From: an uncultured virus (IMG/VR IMGVR_UViG_3300000553_000007)
Lineage: Duplodnaviria > Heunggongvirae > Uroviricota > Caudoviricetes
Length of the DNA: 64,000 nucleotides
Virus record (IMG/VR): IMGVR_UViG_3300000553_000007
Strand: one strand, 5' to 3'
Part shown: one piece after another, positions 20,442 to 31,213 of the stretch
How positions within the stretch are numbered: the first letter of the stretch is position 1
Layout: every line of letters starts with the position of its first letter
The notes under the pieces: generated by a model
Seen by the model: the letters and a program-made list of their open reading frames with translations, nothing else
What the model was told of the DNA's origin: nothing
Database searches by the model: none
Program-made: the position numbers and the translations under genes

Positions 20442-20648
20442 TTAAAGTTTTGTAATTTTTAAGTAGGAAAAGGCGAGAATTTTTTCTTCAATGTCTGAAA
20501 CGTAGTCACTGTATTCTATGGAGTCAATTTCAGACCAGGCGCTGGAACTTTCTGGCTGGCCATAATCTGGGCCCGCTAATACATGCTCTATATTGTTATC
20601 ATCGTAAGGTACGAATACAGAGTTATCATTTGATTCATCACGTCTCAC
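20442..20648 (-). CDS. Small acidic hypothetical protein
   Basis: GTG start 4 nt after a TATTTATT motif. Confidence 0.5.
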   Translation of the reverse strand: MRRDESNDNSVFVPYDDNNIEHVLAGPDYGQPESSSAWSEIDSIEYSDYVSDIEEKILAFSYLKITKL

Positions 20649-20719
20649 GACTAATAAATAGTTTTACTAATTAACGAAATTCAGTAAACGACTTAAATAA
20701 AAATTATTTTATTTTCGAT

Positions 20720-22033
20720 TTATCGAAAAGTTGCCCAAAATTCTTTGAAGCTAGGAATTGTCCCAGTGTAAGTTTTTATATCATGACCTTCTGGCCAATA
20801 AACTAATTGAGATGAATCTATATCCATAGAATGTACTCTCAAATCCTTTGATGGTAAATTACCTTGAATGATAGCTCTGAATTTGCCGCGTGCGTAAGAA
20901 TCTGCGAAATCCCTATCAAATGTTACGAAATCCCCAGGTTTAATTTTATGAGTCGGTGAATTGGTACCTCTCCAAACCCTAACTACTTCAGGGAATCCTT
21001 CAGTTTTCCAACCAGCATAGTGTTGAACAAAAAGCCGTTCAGTAGTATTTTCGTTTGGCTGTTTTAAATCTGCCAACCTTGGAAATTTTTCAACCCAATC
21101 TTTACCATAGGCGGTTTCACCCATGGCGTGTCTGTAGAGACGTTCAAATGCCGTCTGAGCCTCTTCATCCGATATGTTAGTATTCGTATCATGTCCCGCA
21201 AATAGATTTGAATTAAAGAGTTCTTTCTTAGCTGCTTCAAATGTCTTTTTACGTTTCACTACATTTTTTAATAAAAAGAGCGGGTCGGATGTGTTAATTT
21301 TATTAACCAGACGTGCGTATTTTTTCTGTTCTAGATTTTCTAAAGTTGGTTTTATATCCTCTTCAAAAAATTTCTCTTCTGCTTCACCGTCATTTGGATA
21401 CAATTCTTTAGCCATACGTGTTCTCATTCTTGTCAAATAATCATTACTATCCATCCAGAGTGAGAATTGATACGGGCTGAATTTGTCATCGTCTTCCATT
21501 ACTCTCCACACGTTAGATATAAAAAATCTGGCTACCTTTTCATGATTACGGTCGATGGATTCATTTAGTGACTGCGACATGTCTTCCGGATTATAAATGT
21601 GTTCAACTCCCTTGAAATGACCCTCCCCTCCTGGAAGAAATTCTACTATCTTACGATGTTGTCTACCGTGTTCCACCAAAGCTCTTATTTGTTTTGGTGT
21701 CAATCGTTGACGAGGTTGTCCATTTACGTAATAATACTGAAACGCATCTCTCACTCCACGAACCCAACCTCTGTTAAATAATAAAGACTCCGTTTCGGTG
21801 GTAGATGACATCGGATAATTTATACTACTCAATTCTTCTTTTTTTATTTTTCCTTTTGATATTAAATCTCTTACGATTTCTTTGGCGGTAATTTCATGTG
21901 AATACGAAACATCCACCATCGTACCATCTGTTGAAATCCAATGACTATATGAATTACTATTCTCAAGTAATCTATATGCGGATTCATTGATAACATCGTT
22001 AATCAGAGAATTTAACTGTTCTTTCGGTATCAT
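20720..22033 (-). CDS. Modular protein: 'W-H-GWxR' domain plus possible ADP-ribosyltransferase-like C-terminal domain
   Basis: Leader LNSLINDVINE..LLE; HWISTDG..SHE..A..LFNRGWVR; SLNES linker; C-terminal VRVWRG..IKPGDFVTFDRDFADSYA. Confidence 0.55.
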   Translation of the reverse strand: MIPKEQLNSLINDVINESAYRLLENSNSYSHWISTDGTMVDVSYSHEITAKEIVRDLISKGKIKKEELSSINYPMSSTTETESLLFNRGWVRGVRDAFQYYYVNGQPRQRLTPKQIRALVEHGRQHRKIVEFLPGGEGHFKGVEHIYNPEDMSQSLNESIDRNHEKVARFFISNVWRVMEDDDKFSPYQFSLWMDSNDYLTRMRTRMAKELYPNDGEAEEKFFEEDIKPTLENLEQKKYARLVNKINTSDPLFLLKNVVKRKKTFEAAKKELFNSNLFAGHDTNTNISDEEAQTAFERLYRHAMGETAYGKDWVEKFPRLADLKQPNENTTERLFVQHYAGWKTEGFPEVVRVWRGTNSPTHKIKPGDFVTFDRDFADSYARGKFRAIIQGNLPSKDLRVHSMDIDSSQLVYWPEGHDIKTYTGTIPSFKEFWATFR

Positions 22034-22050
22034 ACGTATATAAATACGAT

Positions 22051-23046
22051 TTACTTAATTGAATGTTTAAAATGTTTGTTAGTGTTTTCCCATATTATTT
22101 CAACGTCATAACCATCGGTTTTAAAAGATTGTATTCTTTCTTCATCTCTTTTCCATATTTCACTAGCATTCATATGAACGTATTTATGATAATAGTTAGA
22201 AGGATATATTGATGGATTACAATGCCAAAAATCACCAAAACATTCGACGATTTTCTTTTTAGATGGAATGTATATGTCAACAGATTTTTGAACGTCGGAT
22301 AAATATTCTTCTAATTTAGCATCGGGGTATTCTTTAAGTATTTTTTGATATTCACGTTTTTGAAATTTAGAAATTTGTTTTCCGTTAGTTTTATTCTTTT
22401 TTAAATGAAATATGTTAGGAACTCCATATCGTCCCATACAAGTGTGTTTATTTTTTTCTACATTTACATAATTTTCATTTCCATATCTTTTTAACTTAGT
22501 TAGTTTAGATTTTTCAATATTAACATAATTTTCATCGCCGTGATTTTTTAATTTAGTTTGTTTAACTATATCGCCGAAATTTGGTAATTGAGATGGGTGG
22601 TCAACACCATATTTCTTAATCATAGCAAGTTTAAAATTTTTATTTCTTTTTTTATTTACCTCTGGACTAAAATTTAATCTTAATAAACAGTTATTAGAAC
22701 AAGTCGTCTTTTCTCTATTTTTATATATTCTAAACTCACCATTGCAGATTACACATTTTCTTATTTCATTTGCTTTATCAGATTTTTCTTTGCTTCTACA
22801 TTTATAAGAACAATATATTCTTGGATATCCTTTCCAGTATCCATCAAATTGTGTTTTTTCTTTACAAACTTTACAATATCCAACAGATTCCTTACCGTTA
22901 ATATAAACATATAATTTTTCCGAAAATCTATTAAAGTTGAATGTTTTATTGATTTCATCAAAAGTTTCTTTATGATGTCTTTTAAGTTGTATCGCAAAAT
23001 TATCTTTATTATTTAAACAAAATTGTTTTATTTCTTCCTTATTCAT
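22051..23046 (-). CDS. Putative homing endonuclease (CxxC, KYG repeats, Vsr-like domain)
   Basis: CKVC..YCS..C, KKYGVDHP, VDIYIP..KIVECFGDFWH, IIWE. Confidence 0.7.
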   Translation of the reverse strand: MNKEEIKQFCLNNKDNFAIQLKRHHKETFDEINKTFNFNRFSEKLYVYINGKESVGYCKVCKEKTQFDGYWKGYPRIYCSYKCRSKEKSDKANEIRKCVICNGEFRIYKNREKTTCSNNCLLRLNFSPEVNKKRNKNFKLAMIKKYGVDHPSQLPNFGDIVKQTKLKNHGDENYVNIEKSKLTKLKRYGNENYVNVEKNKHTCMGRYGVPNIFHLKKNKTNGKQISKFQKREYQKILKEYPDAKLEEYLSDVQKSVDIYIPSKKKIVECFGDFWHCNPSIYPSNYYHKYVHMNASEIWKRDEERIQSFKTDGYDVEIIWENTNKHFKHSIK

Positions 23047-23097
23047 ATGGTAAAATTTATTTGTAACCTACAAAGATAACTATAACGTTACAAAAGA

Positions 23098-23128
23098 AAA
23101 ACTCAACTTATTTTAGTAAGTTGAGTTT
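23098..23128 (-). terminator. Intrinsic terminator after the tail sheath gene
   Basis: aaactcaactta-ttttag-taagttgagttt inverted repeat followed by a T-run on the minus strand. Confidence 0.7.
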
Positions 23129-23145
23129 ATCGTGTAAGTCGCTGA

Positions 23146-26100
23146 TTATATGTTATTAAACGCAGCTCCAGTCGGGAGTATATTGAAATCGAGCACAATA
23201 AACTCCGCCGTGCGGGTAGGTTTTAGGTAGATTTGACCGTACAATATGTTCTGGTCGATAACATCTGCCGTGTTATTGGTTTCGTCCATTTTCACATAGA
23301 AAGCGTACAAACCACTTCTCTGTTGAACCGATTCCAAATAAGGATTGACTATGCTCAAGAACTTGTTTCTTGTAGCGGCAACATTTTGTTCGAACACCAA
23401 GAACTTACTGGTTGATGCGAAGAATTTCTTGATATTAATCATCATTCTACGAACATTGATTCTGTTCAAAGCGCCGTCTGCGTTTTGAAGTGTCTTCTGA
23501 CCCCAAACGACTACTCCCTGTCCTGGGAAGGCTGCGATAGGATTGACCTTTCCTTCGTATAGAACGTCACGTTCTTCGTGAGTAGTTCTGTCAGTCACTT
23601 GCGTTGCGATTGGAATACCACCACGGTTGAAACCTGCTGGGGCAAACCACTCTGCGGCCACATTATCATTCGAGGCGAATACTGCTGGTAACACTACCGA
23701 TGGCGGTACAGTTACGATTTTATTATTATTCGTGTCAAGAATCTTGACCCAAGGGTAATATGCTGCGGCATAGTTTGTATCGTATTCTGCGGCATAAGAA
23801 GTAACTTGGTCAATTTGACCAGTCGCTGGATTACCACTATCAACATACAAATCCATGATATAGAATACATCACCACGAGCTTCACACATATCAACAATTA
23901 AGTTGGTAACATATGGGTGTTCTTGATGGATAATTCCAGGAGCCACAATCAGATTAATATCATATTCATCAGCATTTCCAAGGGCGGAAATAGCTTGATT
24001 ATATGCGATTGAACCTGCGGAGGATACCGTCGTACAATCTAATCCTTGTGTATTACCTGCGATGATGTCGCCGCCAACGTTGATTGACGTAGCTGGGCTC
24101 TGACCATCAAATCCGCCTTGGAATCCGAGAACGAAACTTCTCATTTTTACGTAAGTGGTTTCATTAACCGGGTCATACACGGCCGGAACGATGTTACTTC
24201 CTGATAGGAATGAACCAGTTCCAACTCCGTACAATTCATAATCATCATCCAAAGCGAACGTACAATTTCTTCCTACGCTGTTATAAGTTCCACCATTAGA
24301 ATTGAACGATGGGATTGGAGCCAAATATTGAGTATTATCACCAGCCGCACCGACTCCGGTTGTGGTCTGAGGATACAAGGAGAACAATTCAGCATCAGCT
24401 CCCGTAGGTGCGTCGTTGAACGTAATACCGGATGGATATTTTCCAGGAGCCAATCCGTAGACTGATGCCTTTGTATATTTCATCGTAGGAGTCCAAGCTC
24501 CCATCGAACCATTAGTAGGAACAATGAATGCTTCGAATCCGTATGGAACTGCGGTTATTGGGTAATTGTTCGTAGTCATTACAACACGAATATTTTTACT
24601 ATTATTACCGAAATTTCCATATTGAACAACTTTACCGGCAAAGGTAATATAATTGTATCCATCGCCAATTACTCTAGCTATGAAGTTAGCGGAATTTGGG
24701 TCTAGATTCAAATTGTTATACTGTTCAACGATTACTGGACGTTTGTCTGTGTCGCTGAATTTACGTAGAATCAATGAGAAGGAACCATAATCACTACCAG
24801 CGACTGTTCCTGCCAATTTAACGTTACTGATTTCAACTTTGAATTCGGTATTGGTATATGTTCCGTCAGCTAATGTGGCAATTTGAAATAATTCATATCT
24901 CGTTGCCGAACCACTTGCCTGCCAAGGGGCGATTTTCTGAGAAACAATCCAAGGTGTATTTGCATTGGTTATTGCGAACGTACTATCACCTTCGGTTAAA
25001 TTGGTTGAATAGGCATCCGTAAAGTTCATAGGTTGTCCTGTGATTGAACCTGATGGGAGTGCGCTACCAACAATTAACCATTGAGTTTTCTCCGATACCA
25101 CTTCTGAGATGGCATCTTCGTAAATCACATAAGTATATGCTGCTTCGATTTTCTGACCGGCTACTTGAGTTGCCGGATTACCAGCGGTAGGAGAATTTCC
25201 AAACACATTGGTAATGTAATGGGAATTACTGCTATCCAATGAGAATTGGTAAACTCCGTATGGATTTGAGCTATTACTATTTTTGAGAGTTAAGCTGAAA
25301 TCTGTTGGGATGTCACTTACTCCACCTTCGGACGACCAACTTGTGATTGGATTAGTCAAAGAAAGAGTAGAACCATTGAATCCTGGGGCAATCAAATTCT
25401 GAACACCACCAGCCATAGTATCGGCCAACACTGTCAATAATCTGTAATCTGCTCCGGATTGAGTTACCCAAGCCCCGTTTGGTAGAATACATGGATTGAA
25501 CGATGCGGTTCCTGCTGCAGTGAATCCGGTATATTTACCGAACGAACCACTCAACACACCTGCTAATTGAATAACTGGGAATCCACAAACTCCTAGATTT
25601 ACATTCATAGATGCGCTAATCAAGTATAAGGTTTGGAATTGAGTAGCTGCGCCTGGAAAACTAACAGGAATAGGCCCAACGACAGAGGCTGAGAATGTAC
25701 CATTAGCTATTGATGCTGAGAATTGTGATTGTGATACACTCGAACTTGCGATTAATTGAGCGGCATATCCTAAAGATATTGTCTTACCAGAATACAAGAT
25801 ACTACCACTAGTCGAAGTTGGTGATAATAACGAATCATCTGCTGCTACATTGTTGAACGTAACTGTTGTAGACGCTGATGAAATTGTCATCACCTTATTT
25901 GTGAATGAAATACTTTCGCTATATTGATTGGATATACTTCCAGAGAAATACACATAAGAACTTCCGCTATTCAACGCACCGGCAGAATTGGTTCTATTGT
26001 ATTGACCTTTAATAGCCCAAACTCCAAATGGATATTGTTGTTCGTATCCAGTAAGACCACCAACACGACACACGGTTACTAATCCGCTCTCGGCTAGGTA

Positions 26101-26343
26101 TTGACCTGCGGTGTACGGGCCGTAGAATACTCCGTCTGGTACACCAAAACTATTTTGTAGCGTATTCACATCTCTGAACGTGGTCGGTGAGAAAGCAGGC
26201 CCTTTTGCAAAGGGAGCTACCACTACACCGCCGATGTCAGCGATACCATTCGCGACTCCAGATAAATCGTTCTCTCTTGTGAAAACTCCTGGAGACACAA
26301 TTCTTCTGTCCGGACTAAATGTTCCACCTTCTTGTATTGGCAT
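23146..26343 (-). CDS. Contractile tail sheath protein (gp18-like)
   Basis: VSPGVFTRENDLS N-terminus; YYPWV, WFAPAGFNRG, VNPIA.FPGQG.VVWGQKTLQ, RINVRR, PTRTAEFI. Confidence 0.95.
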   Translation of the reverse strand: MPIQEGGTFSPDRRIVSPGVFTRENDLSGVANGIADIGGVVVAPFAKGPAFSPTTFRDVNTLQNSFGVPDGVFYGPYTAGQYLAESGLVTVCRVGGLTGYEQQYPFGVWAIKGQYNRTNSAGALNSGSSYVYFSGSISNQYSESISFTNKVMTISSASTTVTFNNVAADDSLLSPTSTSGSILYSGKTISLGYAAQLIASSSVSQSQFSASIANGTFSASVVGPIPVSFPGAATQFQTLYLISASMNVNLGVCGFPVIQLAGVLSGSFGKYTGFTAAGTASFNPCILPNGAWVTQSGADYRLLTVLADTMAGGVQNLIAPGFNGSTLSLTNPITSWSSEGGVSDIPTDFSLTLKNSNSSNPYGVYQFSLDSSNSHYITNVFGNSPTAGNPATQVAGQKIEAAYTYVIYEDAISEVVSEKTQWLIVGSALPSGSITGQPMNFTDAYSTNLTEGDSTFAITNANTPWIVSQKIAPWQASGSATRYELFQIATLADGTYTNTEFKVEISNVKLAGTVAGSDYGSFSLILRKFSDTDKRPVIVEQYNNLNLDPNSANFIARVIGDGYNYITFAGKVVQYGNFGNNSKNIRVVMTTNNYPITAVPYGFEAFIVPTNGSMGAWTPTMKYTKASVYGLAPGKYPSGITFNDAPTGADAELFSLYPQTTTGVGAAGDNTQYLAPIPSFNSNGGTYNSVGRNCTFALDDDYELYGVGTGSFLSGSNIVPAVYDPVNETTYVKMRSFVLGFQGGFDGQSPATSINVGGDIIAGNTQGLDCTTVSSAGSIAYNQAISALGNADEYDINLIVAPGIIHQEHPYVTNLIVDMCEARGDVFYIMDLYVDSGNPATGQIDQVTSYAAEYDTNYAAAYYPWVKILDTNNNKIVTVPPSVVLPAVFASNDNVAAEWFAPAGFNRGGIPIATQVTDRTTHEERDVLYEGKVNPIAAFPGQGVVVWGQKTLQNADGALNRINVRRMMINIKKFFASTSKFLVFEQNVAATRNKFLSIVNPYLESVQQRSGLYAFYVKMDETNNTADVIDQNILYGQIYLKPTRTAEFIVLDFNILPTGAAFNNI

Positions 26344-26502
26344 GGCGTATATTCCTTTTTATCTATTGTTATCTGTTTGTTTATTTTTGAAAATTGAGAT
26401 TCTCATAATTTAACTAAATATAAATAGAATCAAAATTTTGTAAAAGATAATGAATTATAAAATTATTAATGATTGGAAACGCCATTTGAGTGACGTGTTT
26501 CA

Positions 26503-26784
26503 TTACTTTTTACTATCAACAATAAACATACCGGCCTTCAAATCTAACGTACCTTCGCCGTATTTCTTTAACAAAACCTCAATAAGTTGTCTTTCTTCTT
26601 CTTGTAAACTAATCCAATCTCCCTCACATGTAATTTCTTGGTCTGATAACTGTTTCAACGCCTTTGTTGCCTGTAATTTCTGTAGAGTCAATTGACCCAA
26701 CTGAAAAATCTTTTGTTGAAACTTGTCTTGTAGGGTTCGAACTTCTGAGAGTTCGCCGTCAGTCATTTGTATTTGTTCATTCAT
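26503..26784 (-). CDS. Small coiled-coil hypothetical protein
   Basis: Heptad pattern, ends KKYGEGTLDLKAG.F; lies upstream of the sheath gene. Confidence 0.65.
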   Translation of the reverse strand: MNEQIQMTDGELSEVRTLQDKFQQKIFQLGQLTLQKLQATKALKQLSDQEITCEGDWISLQEEERQLIEVLLKKYGEGTLDLKAGMFIVDSKK

Positions 26785-26824
26785 AACTTTATATATTAAT
26801 ACCGATTACTATAGATTTTTTTTA

Positions 26825-27184
26825 TTATGCCATACTCCAGATACTTGAACCATTGTCCAATCGTTTCCAAGCGGTTCCATTATAACCATAAAAGTGACTA
26901 TCAGTTGAATTAAAGTATATTTGTCCGGCTGCCGGTGATGCTGGCGCACTTAAATAATTTACAACTATCGAAGCTGTACCGTTCGCTCCTGACCCGCCGC
27001 CGCCTGGCGGCGGATATTGTGAATAAAACGAAGCCGATGTGTCAGCATTTAAATAACCATTAGAATCGATGTAAATTATTAAATCCGAACCAGATATATG
27101 AGTCTCGCCGTAATAAGTATTAGTGTCATCTCGTTGCAATATAACGACATCTTTTATATTAGGATTTGTATTGATAATGGCCAT
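26825..27184 (-). CDS. Small tail-fibre-associated protein
   Basis: APASPAAGQIYFNSTDSHFYGYNGTAW fibre-type motif. Confidence 0.65.
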   Translation of the reverse strand: MAIINTNPNIKDVVILQRDDTNTYYGETHISGSDLIIYIDSNGYLNADTSASFYSQYPPPGGGGSGANGTASIVVNYLSAPASPAAGQIYFNSTDSHFYGYNGTAWKRLDNGSSIWSMA

Positions 27185-27223
27185 TTATTAACCTTGTGAT
27201 TACTTAATAACTATGGGTTAGCA

Positions 27224-27682
27224 TCAATATCCGTATAGTTGTATCGTTGAAAATACAATAGTTCCAAACGTAGAGTTCTGTGCGGTTATTCTATAATATT
27301 GATATGCCGTTGAATTTGTTAATGGTATTGTTAAACTTGTATTGTTAATTCCATTAAAAATAGTATTCCAATTAACTCCATCTAAGGAACCTGCAATTAT
27401 AAAATTAGTAGGTGTTGCGCCGTCGTTAGACCGTTGGAACATAGTAATTGTTCTAAGTAACGGAAATTGGAGTTGTATCCAATTTGGACCAGATACATAT
27501 CCCGGCGTCCAATATGTAGATAAGTTAGAGTCAAATGCGTAATAAGCAGTTCCCGAATTTAAATTGGCCGACGCAACATATCCATTGGGGGTAGTATTGT
27601 CGGTCATCGTAGGAATCAATGCGATTGACGGTGTGTTTTTATAATAAAACAATGATGGTTGTAATGTTGGAATAGAAATCAT
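27224..27682 (-). CDS. Discoidin/F5-8 type C-like carbohydrate-binding protein
   Basis: AYYAFD..STYW..WIQLQF..GSLDGVNW..YQYYRI; paralogue of the next gene. Confidence 0.75.
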   Translation of the reverse strand: MISIPTLQPSLFYYKNTPSIALIPTMTDNTTPNGYVASANLNSGTAYYAFDSNLSTYWTPGYVSGPNWIQLQFPLLRTITMFQRSNDGATPTNFIIAGSLDGVNWNTIFNGINNTSLTIPLTNSTAYQYYRITAQNSTFGTIVFSTIQLYGY

Positions 27683-27685
27683 AAA

Positions 27686-28171
27686 TTAATATCCATATGT
27701 TTGTACACTTCCAACCCCCCAAGTTTGGTATCCAACTCCACTAATTGCGACTCGTAAATATTTAGTTGGTGTTGGCGTTATACTAGCAGTGATGGTTAAT
27801 GTACTCGACCCTGGCATGGAATATGTATTCACAGTTGTCCATGTAGTTCCGTTTGATGATATTTGATATAATATCGTGGAACCGAATACCGAACCGTTCA
27901 AAATTTTCGCAGTCACATAATTTATAGTATATGATGTACCTCCCCAATAATATTGTACGTAACAATTTGGTTGATTAACCCCGTTATCCCAAAAATCGGA
28001 CGGATTTCCATCAAATGCTCTCCACGCTTCATGTGTTACTTGGTCTGTATTTGCGCTTGCAACACCAGACGGCAATGTGTAGTTGGTCATCACCGGTATT
28101 AGAGATGAAGATATCGTACCAACGACGTTATAATAAAACAATGATGGTTGTAATATTGGGACAGAAATCAT
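27686..28171 (-). CDS. Discoidin/F5-8 type C-like protein (paralogue)
   Basis: AWRAFDG..FW..SSNGTTWT..KYLRV; shares the N-terminus MIS.P.LQPSLFYY. Confidence 0.75.
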   Translation of the reverse strand: MISVPILQPSLFYYNVVGTISSSLIPVMTNYTLPSGVASANTDQVTHEAWRAFDGNPSDFWDNGVNQPNCYVQYYWGGTSYTINYVTAKILNGSVFGSTILYQISSNGTTWTTVNTYSMPGSSTLTITASITPTPTKYLRVAISGVGYQTWGVGSVQTYGY

Positions 28172-31100
28172 GACATATCACCTTGTAACAAATAGTTTCC
28201 ACTATCAATTTGAACCAATGAAATTACGGAGTATTGACCGTATGAACATGATAACCCCGCCCGATTTCTGATGTTAACACCACTACCAACAACTTTAATT
28301 TGGTTGACTCCGGAACTTGATTGATACATGCTACATGCAAATCCTTGTGGCAATGTAGATGGAACGGTTAATGTCACCTGTGAACCATTGTTCACAATCA
28401 ACAATCTTCCATTTTCAGTTGCCGATAATGACACCGATGCATTTATGGTTTCAGTATAAGACCCCGTTAAGATAAATCCTTGGGAATATACCGACGCAGT
28501 TCCAATCATAGATGCTGCAACCGATGCGTATGATGCGGTTATTGTGTATGAGGACGCTGATGCGTATGAGGCAGTCACAGCATATGACGATGATAATGAG
28601 TATGACGAACTTCCCATCAATGATGCTGTCACGCTTGATGCTGATATTGATGTGAACTGAGATTGTCCAGTCGCTTGATTGTATGATAAATCTGTGGTAT
28701 CAATGTAATCTGGTTGATTGCCCGAGCCCGTTACAACAAGGAAGTAATACTTTCCTCCACCAGATATTGCGGCAACGCTAGAACTTAATGATGTTGACGA
28801 ACTAACAGCATTCAACGCATACGATGCGGTTGTTGAATAACTTGATGAGGTTACTGTTCCACGAACGTTACTTGCAGTAATGTAGGATGAGGTCTGTGAT
28901 AGAGTTACATACGATGCAGTTGACGCCAACGATGCCGTGAATACGTGACCCAAATGATACAAACTTCCCGAGAAATTAATATCTCCATTTACATCTAATG
29001 TGTATGACGGTGTAATGGTATTTATACCAATGAATCCTATGGAAACGCCGGAAGTTCCACCTTTTAAGAATATAGTCGCCGGTATTGCCGGTAGTGGTGA
29101 CGTATCACTGATTGTCGCTCGTATTGTGATATCGCCGCCAGTTGCATCTCCTCCACCACTTATTAAAGTAACCGCTCCACCATTATATTGAGTTGGTTGA
29201 TGTAATGTTAACCTTGCCTCAGTGGCCTGATATGGGATGTTGTTACCCGAAAACCCACCCAAAATCAAATCTGATAAACTGGAAACTACGTTATTTGTTA
29301 ACGTTATTGCATAGTCAGTTCCCGTTGTTATTCCACTATAGAGTTGATATCCATTTGCAAATGCGGATACGAATTGACTTGGTAATGTATCACTTAATAC
29401 TATACCATCATCCAATGAAACTACCATTGATTGAATATTTGCATTTTGTGCGCCACCTCCACCAATTGCAAATGCTCGGTTGGCAGTTGTAGTTGCACCT
29501 GCTCCAATTGCAAAACTCATATCACCACCCGTCACAGCGTCTTCTCCAAACGCAAATGAACTGACGCCAGTACACGATGCCCCGAATCCGGCTGCAAAAC
29601 TCCAATTAGAACCAGATACAATACGTGCATCTTGAATTAATGCAACTGCATTGTTAGCATATGAATATGCCCCTAATCCACTCATTAAGTTTCCACTAAA
29701 TTTTCCATCACCAATGACATCTAATGCGTATTGTGGAGTTGAGTTGTTAATGCCAACATTACCACCATTAATCACCGATTGAGATGCGAAAATATTTAAA
29801 TTACTTCCTGTATCAAAATATAGTTCACCTCCAACAGTCAACGTTGTTGGTGTTGTAACCATTGGGTAAATATTTACATACGGATTTCCAGATATATCAT
29901 CAAACGCAGTTGCAGTCTTTCCGATGTTAAATGATGTAAACGGTGTATCTATATAATCGTTCCCAAATACCCCAACCCAAGGGTCTTGTGCAATTACAAT
30001 TCGATATCCAGAAGCATTAGGAGTGGCGTCCCAAAGTGCCTCCATGTAAAATGCATTGTTGGAATTATCTACCGTTCCGTTGAATATGAGAGGATTTACC
30101 GAATATACTCTATTGTTTGTGTTGTCGTAAGTACCACCCTCAGTATTCCAATATGCGTATACATTAAATTGATATGTATATGTGTTAGCATAATACATTC
30201 CGGTGGTGTATTGAAAATGTAATGTTGGGTCGGATGTTGTTACATCTGCAATAGCATAATTCGTAATATTATTAAAATCGAGTTTACCTCTGGGAGATAA
30301 TGTATTAATGCCAGTATTTCCAACTGGCGCAATATTTACATTTGCATTTGGCGTAATCGTTACGTTACTCCATGCTCCAAGTGTTAAATCGCCTGTACTA
30401 TTACCAATAGTATTATTGACATCCAATGAGAAAAATTGTGGTGTAATTTGGTTAATACCGACCATTTGGTTATTTCCGATTACTATCGTATTCGGAGTCA
30501 CTGGTATAATATTATGACCGAATGATGATGCGGTGATGCTTGGTGATATCGCTATGTAAGTATATCCCCCAATACCAGCATTGAAAAACATGTTTGCATT
30601 GCCATCATCCAATTGGATATAATTCTTGTTACTATATGCGCTGTTACCAATAGAATCGTTAATATCAATTGTATATGCGGGTGTTGGTATATTCACTCCA
30701 ACTGAATTGTTTAATATTATATTACCATTACTTGATAAAATATTTACATCATTGTTAGAATATAGAAACAATCCACCATATGCAAATAGGCGACCATCTA
30801 ATCCATCATTAAAAATATCAAACGCAAGACTAGACGAGTGGTTTAAGATATGAAGAATATTCTGGTCAACTACGTTTGGTATGTTAAAACTATCAAATGT
30901 GAAGAAATCATTCAACGATTGACTAATTTGTAAATGTCCCACCAATAGACTACTTGCCGTCACAAAGTTGGCGTCAACATTGTTATAAACCGTTCCGTCT
31001 ATGCCTATTGCGGGAACATACGAAGAACTTATAGAATTACTAGCCGTTCCATGTGTGTTCACGTAATGTGTTATATCATCGGCGGAATAATTTTCCGATG

Positions 31101-31200
31101 TGAATATACTACCGCTAGTCTTTGATATCTCAAATAAATCGGTATTTATTATCGGTGACGACAAACTGGTCAATTGTGAAATCTTTTTACTCATATACAA
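28168..31200 (-). CDS. Tail fibre protein
   Basis: Repeated VGIN..P.Y.LDV units, a YadA-head-like SFA.G segment, TASY repeats, C-terminal LLQGDM. Confidence 0.8.
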   Translation of the reverse strand: MYMSKKISQLTSLSSPIINTDLFEISKTSGSIFTSENYSADDITHYVNTHGTASNSISSSYVPAIGIDGTVYNNVDANFVTASSLLVGHLQISQSLNDFFTFDSFNIPNVVDQNILHILNHSSSLAFDIFNDGLDGRLFAYGGLFLYSNNDVNILSSNGNIILNNSVGVNIPTPAYTIDINDSIGNSAYSNKNYIQLDDGNANMFFNAGIGGYTYIAISPSITASSFGHNIIPVTPNTIVIGNNQMVGINQITPQFFSLDVNNTIGNSTGDLTLGAWSNVTITPNANVNIAPVGNTGINTLSPRGKLDFNNITNYAIADVTTSDPTLHFQYTTGMYYANTYTYQFNVYAYWNTEGGTYDNTNNRVYSVNPLIFNGTVDNSNNAFYMEALWDATPNASGYRIVIAQDPWVGVFGNDYIDTPFTSFNIGKTATAFDDISGNPYVNIYPMVTTPTTLTVGGELYFDTGSNLNIFASQSVINGGNVGINNSTPQYALDVIGDGKFSGNLMSGLGAYSYANNAVALIQDARIVSGSNWSFAAGFGASCTGVSSFAFGEDAVTGGDMSFAIGAGATTTANRAFAIGGGGAQNANIQSMVVSLDDGIVLSDTLPSQFVSAFANGYQLYSGITTGTDYAITLTNNVVSSLSDLILGGFSGNNIPYQATEARLTLHQPTQYNGGAVTLISGGGDATGGDITIRATISDTSPLPAIPATIFLKGGTSGVSIGFIGINTITPSYTLDVNGDINFSGSLYHLGHVFTASLASTASYVTLSQTSSYITASNVRGTVTSSSYSTTASYALNAVSSSTSLSSSVAAISGGGKYYFLVVTGSGNQPDYIDTTDLSYNQATGQSQFTSISASSVTASLMGSSSYSLSSSYAVTASYASASSYTITASYASVAASMIGTASVYSQGFILTGSYTETINASVSLSATENGRLLIVNNGSQVTLTVPSTLPQGFACSMYQSSSGVNQIKVVGSGVNIRNRAGLSCSYGQYSVISLVQIDSGNYLLQGDMS

Positions 31201-31213
31201 TACATATTAAAAA

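Noticed and set aside
23042..23053. 12-nt match (TTCATATGGTAA) to the predicted TnpB guide
   Set aside because: Too short and AT-rich to distinguish from chance; TAM unknown.
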